Shown here piece after piece: positions 14,140 to 27,809 of a stretch of DNA of 64,000 bases. Position numbers and translations under genes: made by a program. The DNA is taken from contig JAQFVV010000005.1 of assembly GCA_028023455.1 (NCBI GenBank), forward strand, positions 17,856,001-17,920,000, given 5' to 3'. The DNA comes from Epiperipatus broadwayi (lineage: Eukaryota > Animalia > Onychophora). Within the stretch, counting starts at the first letter, position 1, and the number at the start of each line of letters is the position of its first letter. A model generated the notes under the pieces. The model was not told where the DNA came from. It saw nothing but the letters and a program-made list of their open reading frames with translations, and did not search any database.

Positions 14140-14530
14140 TGTATGCATGTATATCATCACCATTTTCAATCATTACCAATCCATTGCAGGATGAAGGTCT
14201 CTACAAATTTAATTAACTTTTTCCAATCCTTAACTTTTCTTCTTCACATCACACCAGTAAATTTTCTTATTTTGATTCAACCATTTCACATATGGTCTCT
14301 TTCTGGATCTTTTTACAATTTCTTGGAATCTAGTTTAAGACTTTAACTGTTCATCTATTATCATTCTTCTAGTGATATATGTAGCCCAATTGTATTTTGC
14401 TCTCTTAATTCTTTCAATGATGTCAATAATACCTCTTTATTTTCTAATTCAAGTATTTTGCATTTGATATCTTCTTATTGCTTTCTATAAATTCATATTT
14501 TGTTGCTCTTCTGTTAAGTGTCCAAGTCTT
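14140..14530 (-). mobile_element. RTE-type LINE 3' fragment (decayed ORF C-terminus plus TGA-repeat tail)
   Basis: The minus strand encodes IIDIIERIKRAKYNWATYITRR...KRSRKRP, the RTE C-terminal pattern, followed by GAGACCTTCATCCTGCAATGGATT...TGATGAT. Confidence 0.65.
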
Positions 14531-15261
14531 AGATACTTTAATAAAAACTAGTAAAAAATCATTTATTAAAAATCTTTCTTTTCAAACACATAGGCATATT
14601 TCCTTTTAATATGAAGTTATTTATACCAAAAGTCCAACATCCCAAGTTTAATACTAAGATTAATTTTATTCAACATGTTTCCATTTGTATTAACAATCTG
14701 ATTAAGATATGCATATAATATATAGGATATATTATTATGTGAAGATGTGGGCATCTCTGAGAAGACTTGAAACCAAACGGAAAGGATACAGGGAGATTAC
14801 TGCTTCATATAACAAGCTAGATATTAGTTTGAGATTTGGTTAGCATATAAAGTGATTAAATATTATTATTTGGTTATAATATCTGTCTCAAACTATCTTC
14901 AGGTCGAGGCTTAATATATATATTTAGACACACATCTACATATCAATTTTTAATTTTTTTAAGTCTGTTTCTTGTATGTTTTGAATTGATAGGATTTTAT
15001 GTAGAGTGGATAAAATATCATGAAAAAATTAATAAAAGTTAAATAAAAAAACAACACCAAAGAGAATGTTTAAAGAATAGAGCCATGTACATATGTTAAA
15101 TTCTCAGTCAGAAGCAGGATAGAACAATTAGATATTAAGTTGTACTAATAATGTTCATTCCTTATCACTAATAATTTGCCATTGCTTGCCACCCGTTAAC
15201 AATTTATTTCAATGACACTTAAAAACTATATAACAATGAATCTCCTTGTATAATCAAAATT

Positions 15262-15600
15262 CATCATCATTATTTTTAATTATTATTGATCCACTGCAGA
15301 ATGATGGATTTTCAGAGTATAGTCCAGTTTCTCTGATCTATAGATTTCTTTTGGTGCTGATATAGTACACACTCAGCACCATTTTGAATTTTAAAACACC
15401 TCAAAAACACTGCTGACACATGCAAACGATAAATGACCCTTTTGTTTGTATTTCAAAAATCATGTGGTCATTTTCTGAGTCTTTAACAATCTCTTGGGAT
15501 CAAGGTTAAGACTTCATTTGTCTATCTACAGCCATTTCTTCTAGTAATAGCCAGCTTAGTTCCAATTCAATCTCCGAATTCTTTCAAGACATCAATGATA
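15262..15600 (-). mobile_element. RTE-type LINE 3' fragment
   Basis: Same decayed C-terminus, with a CATTCTGCAGTGGAT...TGATGATG tail on the minus strand. Confidence 0.5.
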
Positions 15601-16648
15601 TTTGTTTCTGATATATACAATAAATTATACTTTGTGCACGTGATTTCAGATAAGGAGTTAAGTTGCATTCTATAGTATTCAGGGGTCATACAGCCATATA
15701 AACAATTTATTATATCTAAACATTGATGCTATTAAAACTATTTAAAGCAATAATAATAGAAAAATTAATTGCTTGGGAGATCATGTGACTTTCAAGCACC
15801 CTCAAAGTAACAGATTGAGCTTCGATCTAGAAACCTTTAGCTTCCAAACTCTGTCCTCTACTACTAATCTAAATCACACAGACCAGTTATTATAAGTTTT
15901 ATAAATATATAAAATAACTTTTGTTTATAAAAAAAAACATTTTTTTTTTTTTAAAAAAAGAAACCTCTTACAAGTTTCAATTAAATATTCATTTAAGAAA
16001 TAATATGATCTGTTCAATATACAACAATAGGAAAATGTAAATTGGAGTTGGAAATAGCTTAGCTAAAAGATTGTGTTGAGCTTTTAATAGCAGCCGATGT
16101 TTCCTGTTGAGAGGCAGAATGAATCAGCACCTGACATTCTAATCCAGTAATCAATAAACACTCTGGAAGTAATCTAACCTTTATTACTTTATTATATTAA
16201 TGACATTTTAAGAAAGGCAGTCTTGCTTCAGATAACAGTCGTGCGAGCACTTTTGACCTTTTAATTAGACCATCTTGGCTATTCTTAACATTCAAGATAT
16301 AACAATTTATTGTATTAAAATGGTCAGAAACAATAAAAACAGTCAACTTTATTATCTATAAAAAAATGAAGGCCAGAAGAGTTTTAACAGTTAAATGAAA
16401 AGATATTTATCTAAAATGAATCAGTAAAAAATAATAAAAATCGTGAAAGGAGAATATAAAATTTGCATTGATATAATTTTTGAAAATAAAACTATGTATA
16501 TATAAAACAGTCCCCCCACATCAAACCTTCTCCTGGATAACCAAAACCAGCAAACACAATATGCGTAAAATATAATATAATTTTAAAAATATTCTCATTT
16601 TAGACACCAACAAAATTAATGCACACAAAGAATAGAATATCTCAAGCC

Positions 16649-16966
16649 GTTTATAATATTGCATGTACTCATGCAAATTGTGGAGCCTCATATTACGGGG
16701 AGACCAAGGCAGCAATAGAAACCAGATTACAACAACATAAATATGCATATATTAAAGCTCAGGCAGATCCATAATGTTATTCAATTTTTGCAATTCATCA
16801 AAAAATAACAGGACACCAGTGTGAACCTCAAGATGTCAGCCTGGTCTGCAAAGAAAGGCATGATTTAAAAAGAAAAGTGAAGGAGGCCTGCTTCATAGCG
16901 ATGGATTGCAATGCCATCAACCGCAAGGACACATGCTTCACGATCTCAAGAAAATGGAGCAATTAA
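16649..16966 (+). mobile_element. Penelope-like element, GIY-YIG endonuclease domain remnant
   Basis: Manual translation gives VYNIACTHANCGASYYGETKAAIETRLQQHK...*...IHQKITGHQ...KERHDLKRKVKEACFIAMDCNAINRKDTCFTISRKWSN*. This carries the PLE motifs VY.I.C..C...Y.GET..R..H and RKVKEA.FI...INR. One internal stop. The frame is not in the ORF track. Confidence 0.85.
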
Positions 16967-16997
16967 TCTTAAACTTTGCATATCATTAATTCACTTA

Positions 16998-17039
16998 GAG
17001 CTATGAAGATGAGAACACGTCTCTTGAATGCGCTCGTAG
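16998..17039 (+). ncRNA. Eroded hammerhead-like motif in the Penelope 3' pLTR
   Basis: ATGAAGA-T-GAGA-ACACG-TCTC-TT-GAAT-GCGC-TC lies ~30 bp after the GIY-YIG stop, where PLE hammerheads are normally found. Confidence 0.4.
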
Positions 17040-17339
17040 AATAGTATAATTTTATTTTGTTTTAAGCATAAAATAGCTTTGCGTTCAGTATATTTTTTCA
17101 CGCAAAGTTTTTGAATTATATTTGAATTACAAAGAATAGAATAATACAATTATGAAAAGATAATTACAGTAATATAGTGAAAGAAGAGAGAGAGAAACAA
17201 TGTGTCTTTCAGCACAAAATAAAATGAATGACCGAGAGACTACACGTGAATATACTTGTACTGGTGGATATGCTGACAAGATGCATACCCATATGAATTT
17301 ATGTATTCAAATTTGCAACTTTCTATTTATTTAATATAT

Positions 17340-17404
17340 TTTTTAAACCACGAATAAGTGAAAACACGGATAGCGAGTCCATGGATGCAGGGGAACCACT
17401 GTAT
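17340..17404 (-). mobile_element. Tigger/pogo-like terminal inverted repeat fragment
   Basis: The minus strand reads TA-CAGTGGTTCCCCTGCATCCATGGACTCGCTATCCGTGTTTTCACTTATTCGTGG, a Tigger-type terminus. Confidence 0.5.
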
Positions 17405-20400
17405 AACATTCATAAAACACAGCACGGGCGTAAATTACTCTTAAAACTTTGATGCAAAATAAAATCATGAATTGCAAAAAAATAATATGTTTTCGTTGAG
17501 TATTATTAAATTATCTTTATGATATATATCATGGTTTATAACCAACCATGACATGATGCAAAACATTACCTATTCATACTTAAAAGAAATGCAACTTAAT
17601 GTCTCAAATTACCTCATTTATGTTTAATTTAGTACAATTCTTGACTCTCAGATTGAGTCTCAACTTATTGCTTCTGGGTTCAAACACTGTGTAATAATGG
17701 CAGAACTGTGGACTTGAGAGCAGAGGTTCCTGTACTGATGTTAAACTATCTCTTTTAATGCTTATATGACATAATACTCCCCAAGAAACTAATTATGATG
17801 AGATAATAGATCATTCACCATCAAATTCTATTATTTTCTTATTCTCTAGCAATTTGTCAAAACCAATGTAAACAACTTCTGGAACTGATGCTGAAGCTGT
17901 GAAGTAATGAACCTTAAACTGTAATTAAAGAAACTAACAAAAACATACTGTGCTGCACTATAAATGATACAAGTTTGATATCACTGAATATTTTGAAAAT
18001 GATTATCAGTGTTTACATTAAATGTCTACCAAACAGGTAAAAATGCATGGATGTAATTGTCTCATCAAAACTTGGTGCAGCTCAAAGTATTATGATGCTA
18101 GAATAATTTGTGTTTAAATGAGCAGAAAACAATATACAATCTACAACTGATGATGATCGAGTGTTGATATTTGGTCTCACTTAATTTCCTGGGCAAATCT
18201 TATTGACTTTTGGTAGAATATTTACTTAACTTACATAAAAGCCAGTAAAACATTAATTTGCCTCACTAATCTTCAAATGATTTATGGTCAAAGGTGAAAG
18301 GCTAATTTATGCATACAATCTATGTTGAACACTATGGGAAAAAGTGGAGAAATTGAAAAATTTATAGTAAGTATAAAAAATAATGAGAATTGATGTTTAT
18401 ACGATGGTTTAAGTCACTTTATATGAAAATTGTAGCTCATAAAATGGTATTTTTGACTGTAATCTGTAAAAATCTTAAGTTCATCAATGAAACTGGCTGA
18501 ATAATTAAATTTAAAATGATATATACAGTATGTCCCTCTAAATAGGTGATTAGTTCTCTCTCTAAGCTACCTGTAGTATCATTTCTAAACCAATACATCT
18601 GTTATATAGTTTAACTATTCATCATAAACATTTTAAGAGGCTAGTATATCTGCATCATGAATTACAATATGGAGTATGATAGACTGTTTTATACATTTTT
18701 GAACTTCAATACTCTCTCTGCCATCATAAAATCTTGCAAACTATCTGAAAACATTCTTATGACTTATGCCGTCACTGCCATACACAGTTTAAATTATTTC
18801 AAATGTCTCAATGTCCAAGTTAAAAACAAATTTAATGTTAGTACATTATTCAATAGTGCATTAAGTTATAAAATGCATGGTCATATTTCGTATTTTAATT
18901 CATGATTGAGATGTAAGCACCTTAACATTTTTGGGATGAATTCTTAAACTATGGCACTATATAACATGTGCATTGATCCAGAGATGGTATATCTGAGAGA
19001 GAACCAATCATTTTCCCACTAGAATTCACTGTATATATGAAGACATTTTCTCGAACAATAAAAAAATTTTGGATGAATTAAGAAATATTAAAGACAATTG
19101 AAATGACAATAAGAATAAATGCTTGAATCTTAATTATTTTCTCTGTGTACTGGTTGAAATATTAATTTTTATTTTATATTTACTAATATGAGAATTATCT
19201 CCAGCTTTATATATATATATGATAAAAATAAGACAAGTGTAGAGGGTAACTAATGCAAACAGTTAAAAAAATGCACTACTTAATCTAATTATGAGAAATT
19301 TTAAAAAGGAATTAATATATATATAATTGTATTTACAAACCTATTCAAGGAACTGTCAAGTCTGATCAGTTATAGTGATAATTCACAAACCGATTCCCAA
19401 ATAGTCACTTAAAGGGACTACTGCTTACCTTTCTTATATTAATGCCAATCTATTTAATCTGTTAAAAAAGACCCGATGGCCACTTTTATCTTATCACTTT
19501 GTTATAAAGTAATAAATCAAGCACTGGACACTCAGAAAGACTGAAAGTTTTTATGTATATTAATCCAGTCAGTTTATAGTTTCAAATATTAATTCTATTT
19601 CATACGTGATAAGCCTTAATTTATTTACAGCCGTGTTAAAGTTTTAGAAAGCTGTCCTTTTAAATATTATAGGAATTAAAAATTATATTAGTGTATTCAG
19701 TAAATTAATAAATGAAGAATGTTGAACAGGTTTATTTTTTACTTGATATAAAAGAGGTGGTGATAACATAATGTTTAAGTATCCAATGGTTTATTTTTGG
19801 GAAGACAAACTTGAGCTATAATTTGCAGTTCTTTAGCTTTTCAATCAACCACTCGAAAACCTATTAAATTACATACAATAGGTTTTAATAAAACTTTTAG
19901 ATTGTAATGTTAATTTTAAAAATCATTAGTTTTGTTGATCAGTCTTTAATTATTTTAACTATCTTAAATAATGTTGGTTTAAAAATATCAAATATATACA
20001 TCAAGAATCATGTGATCCTTACACTTAAATGATTAGATGCTGTGACATCATTTTTATTGATGTGTGCTTGTTAGCATGGTTTGGGGATACTGAAAGTGAA
20101 TGGAAATTTTTTTTTTGATATTATCTTCTCATTTCCTAAATTGGCACAATATCATCCTTTCCAAATCATAGATACATATTATGGTATTAAAGATTAAGAT
20201 TATCAGTATTTGGTCCTGAGTTTTGGGTATTCAATGTGGATGAGAACAGCAGTACAATGGCAGATTCAAAAACCTAAATCTTGAATAGATTTTTGAGTAA
20301 AATAAAATGGGATATTTGATCAATTGAATAAAATTCTTGTGCTCAACCTATCGCCATTAAAATGTTCAAATATTATATGATCTTCAAGCTAACTAATCAT

Positions 20401-20817
20401 ATTATTATTACGATTATGATTTTGAGTATAAGATTATGGACTTATTTTAGATTCTATTAAAAAGGATTTCATTCATTTATCCATCCTATGTAGTCTAAAA
20501 TTGATAAAGTGGTGGACTCTGAAACTCAAAATCCATGGATTGCAGTCCAGCTTTATCACTTCTGGTGCTCAAAACTTCTTAAAACCTCTTGAATAATAAA
20601 TCATTTTACTATGATTCAATTGACGAAACTGAAATTTCTTTTCTTTCTACTTTACTTAGCTAAAAATCAATCCAGAATTTATGCTTTTGTAGAGTAGCCA
20701 AAATCATAATAGTATACAACCAATATTAATCTTTCAACATTATAACATACATCATGAATTATACAGTGTATACAATACAAAGCTTAAAATTTAAAAATGT
20801 AAATTATTTCCTGAATA

Positions 20818-20966
20818 AAGCAAAACTCTCCATACAGTAGTGCCATCTTGTGCTAACAAGAGCAATCAATGAATGCCAGAAGATGGTACTACTGTATGGA
20901 GAGTTTTGCTTTGTTTTGAATTGTTTAATAACAATTATGTGCTAGTATGAGATAGTGATCATGTGA
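20818..20966. mobile_element. Fold-back copy related to the HHR repeat family, with 13-bp TSD
   Basis: Arms AAAGCAAAACTCTCCATACAGTAGTGCCATCT / AGATGGTACTACTGTATGGAGAGTTTTGCTTT. TSD TATTTCCTGAATA at 20805-20817 and 20967-20979. Shares sequence with 48284-48465. Confidence 0.75.
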
Positions 20967-23900
20967 TATTTCCTGAATAGTTAAATTTATGGCAATATGG
21001 TTGTCAAGTTAAATAAATACATAATCATTTAAATATGGCATCTGGTTTGAGTTTCATTTCTATCCGATTCCAACATTAAAGTTAATTTTATTATATTTGT
21101 ATTAGAAATTCATAAAATAAAATTGCATATTTTAAATTAATTTGAAAAACCTGATCTAATTTGTATATAATCAATATAAAAGAATTGGAAATTGTGAAAT
21201 AGAAATTATTTAAAATTACAGAAGGTGTTTAATATTGTTAATCAAATCAGCAATTAGTAAGCTATTATTTTTATTAAAATATTTTGTTAGTTTATTTAGG
21301 ATAAGTATGCGAATATTATTTCAAAGTGCTCCAAATTACAGTGGGCTTTTAATGTAAAAAAGGCTAACTATTAAGTTTTAGATAAGCTTTATAATATTCA
21401 ATTTTATTTACTAGTGCAGAGATCATATATAATTTAAATGGAAGGGATTTACACTCTAAGCACATGTGCTATAATGTTGTTATAATGGCTCAATGATGTA
21501 TTGTTGAGTACTGAGGATATTCTTAAAGCAAAGCACAAGATAGAAACTTTTAAAAAGATAAGAGTGTCCATCTTATCCTTTGTACCTAAATTTAGTTATA
21601 TAGGCCAATCTAAAATATCTTAATTTCTAATAGTTCTTAATATTAACAGGTAATAAATTAAAAAAATTCACAAGTGTTAATATATAGAAAGAAATTAATA
21701 GATGTAAAGTGAATAATGAAACATCTTCATGTTCTCAAACTAAGATACTTTAGATTGGTTTATATAATTAAATTTAGGTATAGCTATTCTTATCTTGTGC
21801 TTTGGTTTGAGAGTAGCTTCAGCACTCAACAAGACATCACTGAGCTATTACAGCAATATTACAGCACATGCTTAAGATGTAAATCCCTTCTGTTTAAATT
21901 TAAATTAGATAACCTTTAATAACTAATATGGTTAGATTTGTAGGAATGTATGTTGTTCCACATATTCAAGTTGTGTGGTTAAGTTAAACCATTTAGAATT
22001 CAATACTTTATACAAGTGATTTGTTACTATAAACAGATATTATTTTGCTTCTACTAACATAAGGATATGATATATTTAAAGGACTTTTACTGGATAGAGC
22101 ATGGCTCAATACAGAAAAATGTTTCAGTTCATAGTATAATAGTAAAATAAAAACTAGCAGTATGTATATCCAGAAAAAAAAAATTTGGTTTAAGAATATA
22201 ATGATTAATAAATAACAATCGCTCATTATTAGTAGTCTAATAATTATTTATCTTTAATGGTTCCAGGTACCATGACTATAACCTGGTGTCAAGTTTGAAG
22301 ATAAGACAGATTCCCAAACAGACTTAAATTTTTTAATTAGTTGGACAACTAATAGTCAGTTGAGCTATACATTTATTATTAATTATGACTTTGTTAAACA
22401 GAAAAAATGTATTAGCTTAGATGATTGTTAGTACCTAAGATCATGTGATGTTTGACCATTAGAAGTAACAGATCAAATTTTAATCTAGCAACTGCTAGCT
22501 CTCAAGTTCACCATGATAAAAATTTGTTATTGTAGATCGTGTAACAGGTTAAGCATCAAAATATGAATGTTTAATCCCCACTCATTCATTGTGATTAACC
22601 ACACAAGATAATCTTGGACAACATACTTAGATATTTAAAATATTGCTCTTTGTAGTTTGGTGCAGCATTAATGTGGCATAAGTGCTACAACTTTCCTGAC
22701 TTGATTCCTAATTCACTGTGTCATTTTAGTGCTTAAACATCACACAATCTTTTTATCAACTAATATGTAGCTAAATGTTTTTAGTCAATGGATATCGGAT
22801 TTTACTTTCATATAAAAACACTTTCTATTTACTTTAGTGGTTGTCTTTATATATATATAGTACAATAAATAATATGTTGTTATTACAATTTGATTTATAA
22901 GAGTCAAACTTTAGATAAATATATTAATACTTATTACTAATAATTTATTAAATTAGAAATTATCATCTTGTTCCCAGCTAAAATACAAAAGTTAGCTCCA
23001 ATTAAAGATCATATATATATATTAAAAATTAAACTCAAACACATCAATCTAACTACATACCTATTTTTCCATTTGCATTATCTTTTTTTAAAAAATATAT
23101 TTAAAACTTCCATTACACCACACACTCATAAAACCTAGAAATAAAAATAATGGCATTCAAAAAGACCCCCCCTCCCCGATTCATTTTATGCTCAACTAAT
23201 ACTACTTCAAAGATGTGGATGCAAAAAATTGGGGTATGTATTATTATATAATCAATCATTATTCACAGGCACTTTAAGACTAAAAAAAAGTATTTGATGG
23301 CAAAAATCAAATTTTTCTAATTCTTTCTTTCCAATCAGCTTCTAATAACATATTAGCTCAACTACTTAAATGTCATGCTACAAGTATATTTTAGATACCA
23401 GAAACTCATCCTTTCATATTAAAGCTACGTATACATAAATAAATAAAATCATATGCAACTTAGTAACTAAGCGTAAGACAATAACTCATGTTTAATAATT
23501 TACTATTAACATGCAATAAGAAAACAGGAAATGAGCATGAAAACATAAAGTAAATCGATGTGTATTTATTATACCAGAAGTGAAATTGTGATGATAGCAA
23601 CAAATATTGTGTATACATATAAACTGTCAAAACAAAATATATATTTATTAATAAAAGGAGATTAAAGGTAATAAAAATATAACACGGATCATCATCATTC
23701 TTAGTAACCGTTAAAAGAATTTGGCGTTTCTAATTCTAGGGGGAAAAAAGCAAAGATAGAAAGGAGGAAAGGAAATAAATTAAAGTTCATTTTACAATGA
23801 TTACATAAATCTTCTCAAAAACCACAAACATACTATATATATCATAATTCCGAAAGAAATAAAAGAAAGTATATAAATTGCTAATAAAAGATGATGCAAA

Positions 23901-25719
23901 GGTTAACAACTTAACATTAAAACACAAAACCTATTCATATTGTTATATTTCTAACAATACTGTATATATATTTTCCTTGTAAATGTGAAATGAAAATACT
24001 ACAATGAAAAGATTTCCAAGCATTATACTAGTATTCTTTGTAAAACTTTTTTTAAATCTTTGATTATTAATTTGGTCAGCAGATTCATTCTTTAATAGCT
24101 TTCATTTAAATTTTAATGATATAAGGGCTCATTAAAATTTATATAGTTTTGAAATCGAGATAGAATACGTTGTGTTAAGAGGGCGGCAAGTACTGCCGAT
24201 GATCAAGTGTTATTTCTTGACTGTAATATCCTATTGTCTAATTTCTCTTTATATTCAGGTGATCACCTTTAAACATAAATATATTCATCCGAATATATAT
24301 ACATTTCAAAGCTATATCTTAATACACAAGTTTTTATCAAAAAACAAATACATATAGAAAGATGGACAAAATATAGTAATGTACATTTATGTATAAATTA
24401 ACTATTCAAACAATGAAAACAGGCAAAAACTCACTATTATGGATTGAAGCTACTAATATGTGACTACATATATTTGCTTCATTTTAAACAAATTGAACAA
24501 ACTATTTGTTGTATATATGTTAACATAAACGCGTGTAATGTAAACTACATTCAAACATATAATTCAATTCATTTTGTTTTAATTTAACCCTACCATTTTA
24601 ATCTACATTACTAAATATAATATCTATAATTAATAAATCAAAGGTATAAAAAAATTCTATCTGTTTAAAATATTTTCTTATGAAAAAAAAGAGTAGTTAT
24701 ATTTTATTTTGAAATACATAATAATTAGTCAAGTTCATTCACCAAATATTAAAACTTGCATTAAAAAATTTTATTAATAGAGAAATATCCTTTTTATTTT
24801 ATTTTAGAGTAAAATAACTTTTAATTTTGTTAGTAAAATATTTTTCTTTGGTATTAATTTGATTATCTTTAAGGAAAAAAACATTTTTTTAAATTAAATA
24901 AAAGTTTTACAAAACTATTCAATAATTATTGAAGCGATAAGTAAACAACAGATATCCAGAAAAAGATGAATAGATTCAATTAGTAAACTAAGAAATTTTA
25001 ATGAAAAACAAGAAATTTAGTAAAGGATTTAGATAGCCAAATTAAGTTTGATTACTGTCAAAAACAAACATTTAATTAATACTTTTAATCAGAGAAATTC
25101 CTAGAAAGTTTAATTAAAGAATAACCTGGAAACATCTCGTTTATATTTAGTATATAAGATTAGTAAAACACCTTTAGAGCACTTCAATTAAGGTGTTCAA
25201 ACCAGATCTTCAAATAAGTCACTACTGGAAGCTCTATAAAAAAAAAAAAAACTAGAAGAGAAATGCTGAGAGTGTAAAGCAATTGATTCATTCTAGTCAG
25301 TCCCCCCCCCCCTGTGTGAAAGACGTGTTCCAGCATAAAGTACATCTATGCCATTGTTACTATGAAAACCAGATATTTACTTATTATTTAAATATATATA
25401 TATGTATATCTACCTTAGCAATCATCCAGTCCATTGCATTTTTACTAAAAGCCCCAAAATAATACGATGTCCAAGAAACATTTCTGCTATAATAAGACTT
25501 TATGATTGTGAATTAAGTTAACAAATAATCAAGTATTCTGTAGATGGAGAAGCTCTGTCAGCAAAATAAGTATTTTCAAAATATTCTTATTATGTAAATA
25601 AAATTTGCTATAAGTTAAAAGCTTTGTCTGACAAAAATTCATGAAAAAAAATCTTAAATTAAAAACAATCTCTAGAAAAACTATACAAATTGCCTCTTCT
25701 TTTATTTAAGTAATATCAT

Positions 25720-27026
25720 CATTAAGAATAGAACCAACACTAACTCATTTCTTCTAACAATTTCAGGTAATGATTTTTTAAATAATTTACATGCCTTTTG
25801 ATTCTTCTACCATTAAATAATCTGAATTTCTTATTGCTTTGAGGTATTACTTCTGGAAACCATATTCTTTTCAGCATGACTTGTATCCAAACAGCATCCC
25901 CAATTTTATAATTTTCATCATCCAAATAAGTTTGCTTTGTTATTCTATTATTAGACATAGGAACTGATAGATGTGTTCAGCATTTCTGATGGATTATTAT
26001 TTCAGCTAGTGTCCTTTTAATCAATGTATAAGGAGTGAAATGTTGATGAAACACAGCATCAGTTAGAACTACATTAATATTATTATACAAAGTCTTATTT
26101 AGCATATTTTTCAAATGCGGTACAGCTTTCCTTGTCAGACCATTTTATTATCAATGATATGGTGGTGTCAATATAAACCAGATTCCCTTAGCATAGAAGT
26201 GAAGTAAGGTCTATTGTTGGAGATTATAATAGAGTAACCATATAATATATGAATATTTCTTTTAAAGCTTCATATTATTTTTTGCACTTCTACTCTTGAA
26301 ACTTTTGTATTCTGTCAATTTTAAGGAATCATCTATAAATTTCAAGAAGATATTTCCATTAAATGAACCAATATAATGTAAATCGAGTCTCTCCTATGGT
26401 TTACTTGTTTTACTGCATTTTCTCTAATTTCTTAGCCATTAACTGGAAATCTTCATAATGTTTTACTGTCTGTGCCACCAAACCTAAGACCATGTTAATT
26501 GTTTCATTCTTACAATTCCTGGATGTTATGTAACAAGACTAATACTTGCTTTCTATCTTCTGGGGATATGAGCTCTCAGCCTGCCATTAATATGATTTTT
26601 TGATAGATACTTATTGGCATTCCAAATAGCATTTGACACATAAACTAGATTTATTTGGGCAACCATGTCTTATCCAATTTTGTAAGGCTTGGTCATCAGT
26701 ATCCCATTTTATCCATTCAGCAATTATTCTGCTATCCTGGTGTATTGTTTCTTATTAAGCTTATGTAATTAATCTTCTGTAATTTTATTTTCAACCTTGT
26801 GTGGTAGTCTTGATAGTGCATTCATGTCACTAATCACTTTACTGGGTTTATACATTAGCTCAAAATCATCCAATGAATAATCCACTGGCTAGATTGTTCT
26901 AGAATTTTCATCCCATTACCAAATATATTCATTAATGGGTGATGGTCAATATAAATTTTGATCTTGTATCCATAAACATACTGACAAAATATTTTTATGA
27001 CATACTTTATTGCCAGAGCTTCTTCA
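25720..27026 (-). mobile_element. Decayed Gypsy/Ty3 pol fragment (RNase H - integrase)
   Basis: Minus-strand motifs EEALAIKY..IFCQYVYGYKIKIYIDHHPLMNIF (RNase H), HPGIVRMKQL..*VWW (integrase zinc finger), TPPYH...NGL..KAV..LKNML (core) and YKIGDAVW...RRIKRHVNYLK (ORF 25740-25958). Many stops and frameshifts. Confidence 0.9.
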
Positions 27027-27058
27027 GACTAGTTTCTTGGGGCTTTCATCAGTGAGGA
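27027..27058 (-). ncRNA. Minimal type-I hammerhead ribozyme (stem II partly deleted)
   Basis: Minus strand TCCTCA-CTGATGA-AAGCCCCAA-GAAAC-TA-GTC. Confidence 0.6.
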
Positions 27059-27442
27059 GCCTTAGATCTGAGAGCATTGCACCTAGATCTTAGGATATAC
27101 TGCAACCCTCCAGCAGTCACCTTTTACCTTATTGGCTAACTATAAAGCTTTGAGTCCAAAATGAAAACAGCTTGTATAGTTGTATAGATCTGAACTCAGT
27201 TCAGGATCTATACTTTTTGGTGTTTTTGTTTCTTTAATAACCAGAGTCACCATAATCCTATTGGGCAGGATTAGTATTCATCCACCAAACATCATATGAT
27301 TACCATTTTTATGCTTACACAAGCTGTGTACACAGAAGCTAAACTCTTCACACAGTTGCACCACTCAGTGCAAACCATAGTAATCAATGGATGCTAGAAG
27401 GTTTGTGCACAAAATCACCATCTAGTGCCTACACATCCAATA

Positions 27443-27484
27443 TTCCCAGACTAGTTTCTAGCTTATGGCTTTGTTCAGTGAGGA
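27443..27484 (-). ncRNA. Hammerhead ribozyme copy with mutated core
   Basis: Minus strand TCCTCA-CTGAACA-A-AGC-CATAA-GCT-A-GAAAC-TA-GTC-TGGGAA. Confidence 0.6.
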
Positions 27485-27809
27485 GCCTTAGATCTGAGAG
27501 CACTGAGTGATGCCACTGTATGAAGAGTTTAGCCTCTGAGTAAACAGTTTGGGTAAGTATAAAGAATGGTGATCATGTGATGTTTAGTGATTTAATACTA
27601 ATCCTTCCCAATAGGATTATAGTGACTCTGGTTATTAAAAATCAAAGACACCAACAAGTATGGATGCTGAACTGAATTCAATCTATACAACTATGCAAGC
27701 TAATAAGCTTGTGTTTTTATTTTCAATTCAAAGTTTTATTACTAAAAGATGGCTGCTGGAGGATTGCATTAGATTTTACGATCCAGGTCAGTGCCCTCGG
27801 ATCCAAGGC

